Shown: piece by piece, positions 27,083-40,000 of the stretch
Numbering within the stretch: position 1 is the stretch's first letter
Layout of the letters: each line of letters starts with the position of its first letter
Origin: Gnetum montanum
Taxonomy: Eukaryota; Plantae; Gnetophyta
Length of the DNA stretch: 64,000 bases
Assembly: GCA_015680685.1 (NCBI GenBank)
Contig: MNCI01000737.1
Coordinates: 601,198-665,197 of the forward strand
Direction: 5' to 3'
The notes under the pieces: model-generated
Told to the model about the DNA's origin: nothing
Database searches by the model: none
Seen by the model: only the letters and a program-made list of their open reading frames with translations
Made by a program: the position numbers and the translations under genes

Positions 27083-27261
27083 AAGGTTCTTGCTCCTCCA
27101 AGCAAGACCATTTGATTTTAAAAAATAACCCAAGGTTCTTGCTCCTCCAAGCAAGACCATTTGATTTTAAAAAATAACCTAAGGTTCTTGCTCCTCCAAG
27201 CAAGACCATTTGATTTTAAAAAATAACCCAAGGTTCTTGCTCCTCCAAGCAAGACCATTTG
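27083..27261. repeat. Near-perfect tandem repeat, 49 bp x~3.6
   Basis: Unit AAGGTTCTTGCTCCTCCAAGCAAGACCATTTGATTTTAAAAAATAACCC at 27083, 27132, 27181 and a partial at 27230; one C/T difference. Confidence 0.95.
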
Positions 27262-29562
27262 GTATTTGCATGCATTAATAAAACCAATTTCAAGGCATGC
27301 ATGCATCTTACCAGTTTCCAAGTTTAATCCATGTTTAATCAATCTGTGTCTACACTAAATGTAGAAGAGAAAGAGTTAAAAAAGAAAAACCTATCCTTGT
27401 TTAGATATCAAGGCTTTTCATAAAAGGTACACCCTTAGGTTCCAAGTTAATTGTGGTCGTGGGTTTAAAGGCAAAACCTAAACCTTAGAGTCTCCTAAAT
27501 AAGTCAAGGATTTTAAAATTCTTATGTATTCTTTTATTTACTATAAAAATTTCAAAAGAACTCTGGGACTTCATAGTTAATAAGATTGCATAAAAGCTCT
27601 CCAAATAGAAAGAAAAAAGAAGATTACAATGGCTAATAAAATTATTGTTTGTAAACTTAGCATCAAAGCTATGTATAAATATATATTTTTTCCCTTTGAA
27701 TGTTTCATAATTTTTCTTAAGAGGCAGTAGTCCCTCCATAATATGTTTTTATTAGGTAGCATGGAATGTTTATGCTTCTAATGAAGAGGATAAATGATTG
27801 GGATTGCTTAATTGCTATAAGCAATATCTTGCTCTGTGTTAAGTGAGTGGTAAGTGCTTAAATTATAATAAGCTATAGAAAATTGATGAAGACTTCTAGA
27901 AATTGATGGTATAACATTTACCTTTCTAATTGGATTCTTTTCCCTAAAGATAATTAATCATGTGTGTTACACAAGGATGAGTCCCTTCCAAAAATATCAT
28001 GTTTGGAACATCCTAAGGATAGGGATGCATTCTAAAACATTTTAAGTCATACATGGGACATGGTGCATACCTGAGATGTCCCAAATCATAATTTATGAGT
28101 CATCTAGAACTATTTTCTTCCTTCCAAAACATTTCAAAAATGATTTATTGTAGAACGCATACCACGAAAATATCTTGCAAACTAAAATATGCAACAAATT
28201 TATGCATAATCTTTGGTACTCTGAAAGACAATCCCATGTACATAATCTTACATAAAAATATTCCTCATTTCCTAGTTATGTCCCCACAACATTCCCAAAA
28301 AACAATATTGTCCCCAAATGCATTTAGAAACATGTCCTTGGGTCCTAGGGATGTGCAAAACACTGTTAATCACTCTTTGCAACTCTAGAAGCATTGCCAT
28401 GGGAAGGCTCGAAGTCAGTAGGATGAATCATGCCTCGCAGCAATTAATATTAAAAAAATGTTGCAACTCTAGAACAAGATAATTCAAACTATTAGAAAAT
28501 TGCCCATTGAAGAAGGCTTTCAACCATCCATTCAAACTATTGGATCTGGAGTGGTAGATTCTTGTAAAGCTTTGAACCATCTATTGAAAAAGTTTTGTTT
28601 GGTGATATCCTTCAACTTTAACAATATTTACAACTTTTGCTTATTCTTCATGCTATCTAAAACTATCACTCTAGCATAAATTTTCATTAAGATATTATGA
28701 TTTCTTTTCCTTGTATATGCTCTATATCTAATATGAGATCAAAGTTAGATAGCTTTTTAATGTTCTTCTTATTTGCAATTATTTTTCAAATGTTTTCTAA
28801 GTCTAAGGGACCCACTCTCCTTGGTTTGAAGCCACTGCCTCTCTCACCTTTTTCAAGGCCCCTTTCCTTTGATCATAAATGAGTTAGTTGCTTTTGCATG
28901 CCTTTGTAAGATTGCATATGAGTTGAACAAGTTGCATAGGAAGTAAAATGCCTTCAATACACCATGTACCTCTAAAATTATTTTTTAAATGTTTTCAAAT
29001 CTAATACTTGTAAAGTGCTTGTTTCTAAACCCAAAAGACATGAGTGCTACAACCACTCAAAAAGTAGTTACACTTTTGCTTATCACCTCTTTTAGAACCC
29101 ACTTGACAATATTAGCATTGAAGCTCCATGTGATGATTTTATTTTTTTTCAAATCTAAAACTCTTCTAAACCCCCACCTCTTCCATCCCTCTTCTTTTCT
29201 AAGGTCCCTTTCCTTCTCTTATCGGGTGTTAAAAATTGAAATATAAGTACACCCCAAGATATATAGTAGAACACATGTTTAAAAAATATTAAAAACAAAT
29301 TTTGTCACCACTAAGGTGAGTAAAATAGTGGTTCATGCTTAAAATGATAAAGTAGAGACTACAAGTTCAAGTTTTTGATTTCCCAACCTCAAGTACTTTG
29401 GTTTTTGAATTTTTGTTTGCTATAGAAATAGTTCGATTTTTTCTTTTCTTTTCTTTGCAATTTTTTTCATGATGCATACGTGCTCACAAATAGTGTGCAC
29501 AAGCCTATGCATGTGCTAACAATTGCATTAAAGGCGTTGAAACCTTATAATAATTGTAATAT

Positions 29563-29680
29563 AGGTACACCCCAAGATATATAGTGCAATTAAAACTTTA
29601 TAACTTAGCATTACGCATTAGAATCAAACCCATGACTCGGAGCTTTCAAATCAAGAATCTTACCACTAAGCTAACACCTC
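29563..29680 (-). mobile_element. Degenerate tRNA-derived SINE-like repeat
   Basis: Minus strand reads TAGCTTAGTGGTAAG (A-box-like) ... GGGTTTGATTCT (B-box-like), then TAAGTTATAAAGTTTTAATT. Similar copies at ~45863-45970 (+), ~31640-31705 (-) and ~25400-25465 (-). Confidence 0.55.
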
Positions 29681-30391
29681 ATTGTTTTATCATATTTGTA
29701 TAATATGTTTTTCTTGTCTTTGTAAGATTACATAAGATGGGCACTCATGTATTGTATTCTCAAAGGATGAGTTTGTTGAATGCAAGACCTACTCCCAAGA
29801 AGATCATTGTGATAAAAGTCTAGCAAATGCCACAAGTTAAAGGCAAAACAAACATAGCAATTTTATTCTATGACTCTAGAGTTGCCACCCTATCTAATTT
29901 ATGCAAGCATCTTTTTTTAATTCCCTTGAGAATATGCATTTAGCTAATTCTTTATATGGTAAGGGGACTCAACGAGGAGTGGCACCCCATAAGAGGGAAT
30001 TGAACACAACCTACTCATTGCATTCTCATCCAAAGGATGAGTTTGTTTAAGCTGAAGGGAGGGAAATGAACACAAGACCTACTCCTAACAAGATTGTTGC
30101 AATAACCCTCTAAGTAGATCCTACAAGTTAAAAGGCAAGACAAGTACAACAATTTTATTTTAACTATACCATGGCCATACTAACTGATGTTTTACCATGC
30201 ATAGCAAGATCATTGTGCTAAACATATGAGTGGATCCTAAAAATTCTTTGAATTCTTGTTGTGACATTTTGTGAAGCACTTGCATTTGGATGGTTAATGC
30301 ATGGATTTGTTGATAGGTTTCTATGTTCAAATTGTTCTTATATTAATAAAATCTTTTTTTTACTTATTCAATGAAAAAAATTTATTTTATT

Positions 30392-30663
30392 CATCATCAT
30401 CATCATCCTAGTCTTGTCCCAACCAAATAGGGTTGTCTACATAAGTTCTTTTTCATCGTTCGCCTCTATGAAGAGCTAAATCTTTGTTTATTTCTAGAAT
30501 CTTCAAATCATCTTCGATCATGTAACCAAAAAAGGCTGAAAATGATATGAAGAAATTGCAGATAGACAAATAACTACTTTTAATAGAGGCAAACGGCCAA
30601 AGAGAACGCATGTAGCCAACTCCATATTGTTGGAACAAAACAAGGATAATGATGATGATGATG
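30392..30663. mobile_element. Two RTE LINE 3' ends in inverted orientation
   Basis: 30392-~30520 matches the RTE 3' ends at 41202 and 57468 ((CAT)n CCTAG.CTTGTCCCAAC...); ~30535-30663 is the same family on the opposite strand ending in (GAT)n. Confidence 0.75.
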
Positions 30664-31017
30664 TTCTTTCTATCTTAGTATAACCCTACAAACAAACTAC
30701 ACCTTAATAATTGTTAAATATTTCTTAAACTTCTTTATTATTAATATTTTATAGAAAAATTTAAAGTGCTTTCCATCAAATAAAAATAACCCATTTGCAT
30801 AGGAAGCATCTATAATTTACAACCCTTCCTATATCAGGAAGGTTTTTTCAAACATCGAAAATAAATAAACATTATAGACTCATTTGATTTCTAGGATGTC
30901 CATGTAGGAGTGACCCTCCAATAACAAGCAAGGGTAATGAATTGCATATCTAGCAATTACGTAAAACCCAACCACTAGCTCATTTAGTAATATAGGCTCC
31001 TTCCATGTGTATGGATA

Positions 31018-34000
31018 TTACAAGATAATTGATGTCAATGGACAACGTGTAACTTCAAATTTTAAATAGCTCCAAATATGTTGATGTTTACTAAATTTTT
31101 TAAGCATTTGCTTGTAGAACTCCTTGGCCCATGGTTCCTCCCTTCCTAGCATGCTAAGCTCTATGGGGACAGAAAAACTGATGCAAAAAATAAATTAGAT
31201 TCCAAAATTAAAAGAAACAATATTGCTATTGGACTATTACTCAACAACTTAGTTAGCCTTGTCAAGTTAGAAATGAGAACCATTAGCAAGAAAACGTTTT
31301 TAAAAGGTAGAAAATATAGCACATTTAGAACACATTTATAGTTTACTTGTTGAAACTTTTGGCCATTTAAATGCCCTTAGAAAATAGGCAAAACATTTAG
31401 AACACAAGTATAGTTTACTTTTAAAAAATGACCGGTTTCCATTTAAGCTGCTTACTTATTTCCGTATGTTAAATGCCCTACCTAACCACTTCCAGTAGAG
31501 GTGGCATATGCATGTTCATCATTTTAAAATAAATATTCTACGGTACTAACTATAATTGAAATTTTTAAGTGGAATCTATTGGACCACACTCAAAATTCCT
31601 TTCACAGATTTTTTTTCTAACTTATAACTCAATGCTGCTTACTAAAATCAAACCTATGCCTAGGATCACAAAGCTAATATTCTTACCATTAAGCTAACAA
31701 ACTCTATCAAAAATATCAAAGCCAACTAGTGACAATTCCCATTTCACATCTAAGGACATGGCTAATGATACCTCAATTCACTAGAATTCATAGATTTAAC
31801 ATCTCAACAATGGATCATGATTATGTTACAAGATTATGCATTGTGCAAAAATCGCTATTCGCAAATATTACTGGTACAAAAATAACATAACAAGAAGAAA
31901 AAATACTTGCAAAATAGAGTGACAAAGAAACAAGGGAGATAAAACAGGAAAGCAACTTCTCAACTTTTTACATCTTCAAACCTATAAAGATACACAAAGA
32001 TGTTTACAAGATCACAAGTCAGTTGCTTCCGCACAACAACCCTTATACAAAAGACCATACACTTTCAACTCACTCATCATAACCAACCCAAAATTGATTT
32101 AAAGAGCCAAATCCATGGTTAGAATAATGGAACCAACTAATAATTAATTCAAACATGTCTTCAATTTTTCTTTTACTACAAGTTTTAGATATCTTGATCT
32201 TTTTTTCATATTTTAGAAAATTCTAAAACTAAACAAGACAAAAGTGAAGTTCAACACAAGTTAACTACAAATTTTGTCTTCACATCTCTAACAAGCTCCC
32301 ACTTGAAAAAAATTCACTTAGACTCATGAAAAACAAGCTGGAAAAACTTCATCAATCAATATGTCATGCCTTCCACAATATGCAAAAAAAACCATAGGTG
32401 TGCACACAACCATTCGATGAGCATCTTTGCATGAAACATCCTAACGGACCAAGCCTCCTCAAGCCAAAACAACATGAGATAACATTACATCAACATTAAC
32501 AAATGTTATCCCGATGCTAACACAAAACTTGGACAAAAACAAACTAATATACAACTCCCACTTATTGCTACTAGTTATGGTCTTGAGAGAACAACCATAA
32601 CTAAAAAATCCATATTATCAAAGGTTAATTGTGTCTTCCATAACTTTCACCAATCTGAAAGACTCATTGGGAATGCTACCATTAACCTTTAAAAGTGGGC
32701 AATCTTTACACACATGTCCAACCTTTCCACAATGTCAGCATCTCAATCTCTGTCTCTTTTGCTTTTGTTCAAGATGAAAAGCTCCATTTGATGATAAACC
32801 TTGATTAGCAGAACGCCTAATTTCTTCAACCAAAACAACACCTACAACCTCATCAAAATCCAATACACATAAAGTATTGCTCCTTAAAGTTATTACCAAA
32901 CTATCCCAAAATTTAAGCAATAAACTATGAGATGTCATACCATTATCTTCATTAAACATTCTTTTTTCAATTGTAGCCATTTGGGAAACAACAGTATTAA
33001 AACATTGCAGATAAGATTGTATTGATTCATCCACCTCTGGTTTTAAACTATGTAATTTTCTATGCAAGACACGATTTGTAACAATCTTTGATTGATACAA
33101 AGATTCTAACTTGCACCACAAACCATATGCAGTTGTTTCCTTCTACACATTAATTAGAATGGAATCCTCTAGAGATCGTCGAATACTTGCAAGAGCTTTT
33201 TGATCCAATCTATTGCAAGTTGTTTTTCCACGTTGTTTTATTAATATCCGCATGTAACGTTTTGCTTATAGTGTTTATGTCATGAATATTTTGGATCTAA
33301 CGTTTTGCACAAGATGATTTTTGTAACAAGTGGTATCAAAGCACAAGGTTAAAATTGTGCAATGTTTGTTACTAACTGAATGATATTACAACGTAACTTG
33401 GTTTTGCGTATTGTTTTTCTATTTTTCGATGAAAGCTCTATGTGTAGGTTGTGCAAGATGAAGAAGACAAGATTGATCTTGGTAGACAAATTTGATGGCC
33501 AAAATTATGAGCTTTGGAAGATCAAAGTGGAAGATACGTTGTTTGATCAAGATCTTGAATTGCATACTCAAGGATCAAATGCAAGACTTGCATCCATTCT
33601 TGTTAATGAATGGAATAGACTAGCTCGAAAAGCTCTTGCAGTTACTCGATGATCTCTAGAGGATTCCATTCTTATTAATGTGCAAGAAGAAACAACTACA
33701 TATGGTTTGTGGTGCAAGTTAGAATCTTTGTATCAATCAAAAGACTATTACAAATCGTGTCTTCTTGTATAGAAAATTTCAATTTAAAAGGGAAGGTGGA
33801 CGAATCAATGCAAACTAATACTATTGTTTCCCAATTGGCTGCAATTGGATAAAGAATGTCTAATGAAGATAAAGCTATGACATTTCTTAATTCATTGCCT
33901 AGGATAATCTGGTAATAACTTTAAGTAGCAATACTTTATGTGTACTGGATTTTGATGAGGTTGTAGGTGCTATTTTGACTTAAGAAATTAAGTGTTCAAC

Positions 34001-37000
34001 TAATCAAGGTTTATCATCGAATGAAGGTTTGTCATCAAATGGAGCTTTTCATCTTGAACAAAAGCAAAAGAGATGGAGATCAAGATGTTGGCATTGCAGA
34101 AAAGTTGGACATGTGCATAGAGATTGTCTACTTTTAAAGGTTAATGGTAGTATTCCCAATGAATCTAAGTCTTTCGAACATGTGAACTTTATGGAAGACA
34201 CAATTGACCTTTGATAATATGCTTTTTTAAAGTTATGGTTGTTCTCTCAAGACCATAACTAGTAGCAATAAGTGGGAATTGTATATTAATTTGTTTTTGT
34301 CCAAGTTTTGTGTTAACATCTGTTATGATTTTTGGGATAACATTTGTTGGTACTAGTATAATGTTATCTCATGTTTTGGCTCGAGGAGGCCTAGTCTGTT
34401 AAGATGCTTTATGTAGAGATGCTCCTCAAATGGTTGTGTGCACCTATGATTTTTCTGCATTTTGTGAAAGGCATGGAGTATTAATTGATGAAGTTGTTTG
34501 TTTTTCATCAATCTAAGTGATTTGTCTTCCAGTGGGAAATTGTTAGAGATATGAAAACAAAATCTATGGTTAACCTGTGTTGAACTTCACTTTCCTCTTC
34601 TACCGTTTGTTAGTTTTAGAATTTTCTAAAGAAAGGTTAAGATTTCTAAAACTTGTAAAAGAAAAAGTGAAGATTTGTCTAAGTTAATTATTGGTTGTTT
34701 CCATTCTTTTAACCATGAATTTGGCTATTTAAGTCCACCTTGGGTTGGTTATGGTCAATAAGTTGAGAGTGTATGATCTCCTATATAAGGGTTGCTATAA
34801 TGAGAGCAATTGATTTGTGAGTTTGTCTTGTGAATGTTTTTGTAATCTCTTTAATTTGATTTGAAAACCGAATGAAGTTGCTTTCTTGTGTATTTCCCTT
34901 GTTTCTTCCTCACTCCTTTCTGAAAGTTTTTTTTTTTTTTCCTTATTGTTATGTTATTTTTGTGCCAGTAATATTTGTGAATAACAATTTTTGCACAACA
35001 TATAATCTTGTAACAACTAGTATCAGAGCGCAAGGTCAAAATTGTGCAATGTTTGTTAATGATTGAGTGATATTACAAGGTAACTTGGTTTTGCAGATTG
35101 TTTTTAACCTCCAAGAATCATGCCTCCAAATAACCTCCAAATTTTGTTTGCAAACAAATAACCTCCAAGAATCATGCCTCGTAGAATGGTTGAACATGCG
35201 TCAAATCATATCATAATCGTTATATACATTATAAATGTGACCTTACCTTGAACCTAAATGTACATCAATTCAGAACTATTTCGTAGATCTCTGGAGTTAC
35301 GAAACTTTATCAAGTTTCAGTAATTAACTAATTCTTAAGATCGTGAATATTGGCATACCTCATTAATTCTTCCTCGTTATCAGCTTCCTCGAATAAATTT
35401 TTGTTACTGTCAAAAAAAAAAGATCTACTTTAACAGTCAATTAAAGTAAAAGGAAAACATTAATGATGCTCAAGTTAGTCATTATTCCCATCCCCACATA
35501 GCTTTGCAAGGGCATAAATAAGTAATGTCCAATGCAATGATGTTGCATCATACCCACAGATTAATATCTTGAAGAGATTCATCTGCCTTGTAGATAGATT
35601 GTTGATAGCTTGGGTCACATTACCTCTATCAAACAAGTATACAACAGGATATCCCAAAAGCCACCTGTTAATGACAATAAAACCTCAAGTTATGCATTTC
35701 ACAAGTGAATGGTAATGTTTAATAGCTTATTATCATCATGATCCTAGTCTTATCCTACCTAAATGGACCAAAAGCCACCTTGTTAAGATTAAATTCACAT
35801 TGATTCCCAGGCCTTGGTTAGAAAAAAGTCTCATATGAGATTAAATAATAGAGCTCTGTTAAACAGTGAAAGTCTACGAAAAAATCTCTGGAAGCATATG
35901 TATTAGTGAACAATAAAGACAAGAATATATCAATAATTTCCCCCTCATTTGTTTCTGATTCATTACCTTTGATTCTACCATTGTCATTATCTTAACAGTA
36001 TTGTTAGAGTATTCCCCAGCTAAATGATATATATGACGGTATATCGTATTCAAATCTCAGGTTAGATTTTCACTATTGCCATATTATTTAAAGTTTCTGA
36101 AGTACAGCTTATATCATGTGTAGCATGAGATTCTCAAAATCCAGGAGGTTAACCAGGACATATATCTCTTGATATCTTGACAATTACATCTGCACATGAA
36201 AGACAGTCCCAGCATGCCTTATCCTGGAAGCACAAGGAATTTGAAAAGCTATGAAATCTCTAATGAGTAACGTGCACTCCTAAGTAAAGCCATTCCCTTA
36301 AGCTCATTGATTTTTTAGGAGAAAACCATATTGAAGCTACTCTCATACAAGTGCCAGAAAGTTAAAAAATAATCTATTATCATATATCTGTCTCTCCTAA
36401 AAATTGTATTCCATGGATCTGAAATGCTTGACTCCAAAATCAGAATACAAAATTTTAATCCTGGCCCACATTATTTCCAGAAACAGAAGCAACCATCTTG
36501 GAAAGATGGACCTCACCAAGGCACCAAGGCCAAAATTTCAATTCTAGATACTCAGTTTTATACAGATCTTCTCCATGAACTCCTAATCTACCGTAAATAT
36601 GGCTAGGAAAGCATCTATTCTTAATTTTAAAAGTTCCATCTAATGTATTATCTAATTGAATAAACATGCAAACTAATATACGTATAAAGTTTATGCAATA
36701 CAAAAAGTCTGATATGAGGAAACTTCTAGCAAGAAAAGTCGGTGCTTTCATTTATTACGACATATCAAGTGCAAGGGTACTCTGTCATAAACCTCATTAC
36801 TCCTGTAACAACCTTAAGTTAGCTCAGTACTGACAGTCTTATTCCACAATCACATTCTGTACATTGGCCAAGCATCCAACCAGATCTATGATTTTTCATT
36901 TTTTTTAATAACATTATTGCCATTTCTGGAGCATTGACAAACCGCTAAAAAGCATAAAAGTCTTTTTCTGTATTTGAGATTTAAAATCAGTGTTTCGGAT

Positions 37001-40000
37001 CACATAATACAGAGTTACAAACCATATTATCTCTACAAAATTGAAATTTGTCGGTCAAGACTTTAAGCATTCCTCATCATCCTAGCTTTGTGCCAACAAA
37101 ATGGGTAGGCTAACTTTAAGCATTCTTTTTCAAATCATGAATAAATCATTTTACAAATAAGCCAAAGAATATAAATAAAACAGGATGTATAAATCATTTT
37201 ACAAATAAGCCAAAGAATATAAATAAAACAGGATGTATAAATCATTTTACAAATAAGCCAAAGAATATAAATAAAACAGGATGTATTATACCCGTTCAAG
37301 ACTGGTGGTGCAATATCATATGCCTTCATAGATTGTCCAAAATCAAGAAGCTCCTTTCCAATTTCTGTTGATGCAGGAATGTTTTTAGGAAGACCATCAC
37401 CATCCATTTTGTTTGAATTATTCTGTAACTAGGTAAAGACTGCAAGAGTTGGCATAATGATGGTTCTAATATATACGTTGAACAATGCATAAAGATATGA
37501 TGCTACCTTAAAATCATTAACTGTAGGGATCAAAGAAGTAAACAGTTTCTGGATCGATGCAAAATGGTCAGAAAGTGAATTTTCATCTTTAAGAGAGACA
37601 AGCTGCAAGGAAAAAACTACTTGTCAGAAAAATGATGCATACATGGAATTCTTTTGTCAGATGAAAAAAATGCTTAATCTTCACCTTTGGAGAACCACGA
37701 TCCAAAATTACAAACTGAAGAGGAATATGTGAATCCAAACTCCAAAGTATGTCTTCAACCATAGCTTTGATATGAACTAAGTACACCATATCTTCAATGA
37801 CCATAACCTTCAACGAATTAAACAATGAACTTTCCTGTCAAGTGGAGCAAACAGTGACTTTCAGGTACATTTTAAATATAAAAATCCACAAATAATGCAT
37901 ATGAAAAATTAGTCTCAATAATGTGGGATAAAACACCATGTTACAATAACAATTGCATAATGATAAAGACAAATCAAAAGTCCTTTCCAAGACTCAAGGT
38001 AATCTGCTGGCATTATATGGGCACAGCAAGCCTGGGGTTAGTATCTATAAAAGGATTCATGGTTTATTCTGTATTTAAAAAAGAAAAACAATATAAAGAA
38101 CAAGTTCAATGAAATCCTTATTAACATGAATCTCACAAAATATTACAGTTAATGCGTTTTTTTCAAATAACGGAAGGACCAGGAAAAAATGTTTTTTAAG
38201 AGATAAATGCGTAGGGCATCCCTTATATGGGCACAGCAAGCCTGGGGTTAGTATCAGCAGAGGAACAATGTGACAATAAAATGAGCTTTAAAATATGTTT
38301 AGCAGAAAAAATTAATATATTTTGAAAGTTCTTTTAGAACAGACAGACAAAGCTGATATTATATCATAGCATTGAAATTAAAGTAGTTCAACATTAAACA
38401 ATTAGAACATAATTCCAAACATTTAAAGAGGAAACTTTTAGAAAATGACAATACTTGATTAGCAGGGTTCTAATGGAGCCAAATGAAAAGGAGGCATCAG
38501 CTTCTGTACCCCCATTTCAACCTCCATCAAAACATCCAATATGCAAAAGAAAGATATCCAAAATGTTAGTTTGCCTCTTAACAGAGATATATGGTGGAAA
38601 AGAATTCATATAGCCAAGCTACACGTGTAGCTGCAATAAGGCTGGAATAATGATGAGAACCATTACTGTAAACCTAGCTATATACAAATCACGTTTCATA
38701 ATGTCTTCTCAAAAATGTAGCTGATATTCTCCAAATGATACTTATGTCAATTGTATCATAATACCACATAACCAATAGCATTTTGAGTTTGAACCATGCA
38801 TCTTAGTCACTGGTAATGGTAACGGTGCCTATTTCAAAACATAAGTAGCCTAGAGTGCACGTACCCACGACATAGAACCCTGCTAATCAAGTGTTGTCAT
38901 TTTTGACAACAACACAACATATGCCTTTAAAAGGAAATGAACTTATGTTCTGGAAATTTCCATTGAAAGAAGCTCCTCGATTGTAAATACATAAATCAAC
39001 CAAAAAGCATATGAATCAATTCAATGTTTATCTAACCTTGATCCAAAAAACGTCCAGTAAGCACTCATTAAAAAGGCTCAATCTCCAAATCGTGCCACAC
39101 AAGGCCTTAAGCTGAGATTAAAAATTGTAACAGCAAATACTTTAGGCTAACTAAGTGTAAATTACACAATTTTCAGGCAACTTGAAATATGAATAAAAGA
39201 AAATTAATTCTTCATGAACTAAAGGGAGGGGTCAGAGTCCCACTGATGAACTTTTCTCCTAGTGGTGATAGGTTTATTAATGGAACTACTATCTAACATT
39301 ATAAATAGCAATTGTTCAATACTTATCAATCGATACCAAGTGGTCATTTGCAGGTCAGCTAGGCAGTCATGTGAAACCCAACAAAGAGTTAGCAGAGGAA
39401 AGAATGCAAATGAGTTTTGGCAGAAAAGCACTTTGGAAATAAAGCAGCTTGGATCAACTAAGTAGATAAAAGGGTAGAAATTACCGAAGGCTAATTGCCA
39501 ATGGAGCTCTAATCTCATTCAACTATTAAGAACTGTATTAGGATAACTGTTAAGTGTTGGTTGGCTGCCTCCCCTGGAAGAATGACAAGTAACTTAGTCT
39601 CTTAACTGCCAAAGGGTGGACTTGGTAAACCACATATAGGCTCTTGGAAAGCTGGACGAACCTTTCATAAATCTACGTTCCTTTCATCATATGCCGAACG
39701 TAATAAAATTATTACATGCACAATACTGTATTAAATGCAAATTAAATTGATTTTCTGGAAAAACTTCAATTCTATATAGGTCAAACATAATGATCAACAT
39801 AATAGACAAAAAGTCCAGGAATGCAAAAAATTTCAAATTTATAAGAGGAACCTATCCAGACCTTCTGAGAAGATACTAAAAATAGACAAAGTTTCTCTTG
39901 CAGTTCAGGCATTTTCCCTCCATAATCAACCAAAATAACTGAGCGCAGTCTAGTGCAAAGTACCATAATATCTGTTAGAAATGATTGTTCAAATTATTGT

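Noticed and set aside
27083-27261. CRISPR-like array (unit contains a small hairpin)
   Set aside because: No unique spacers, no cas genes, eukaryotic context; it is a simple tandem repeat.
28440-29240. Possible DNA-transposon fragment (also ~56600-57440)
   Set aside because: Looks like decayed coding DNA, but I could not confirm any motif or terminal repeats.
29620-29680. Functional tRNA gene
   Set aside because: Degenerate B box, no convincing cloverleaf, and multiple decayed copies; treated as SINE-like.
37135-37291. C-terminal repeats (YTSCFIYILWLICKMI)x3 in ORF 37135-37407
   Set aside because: Read-through into intron 5 across the 48-bp tandem repeat; the exon ends at 37292.
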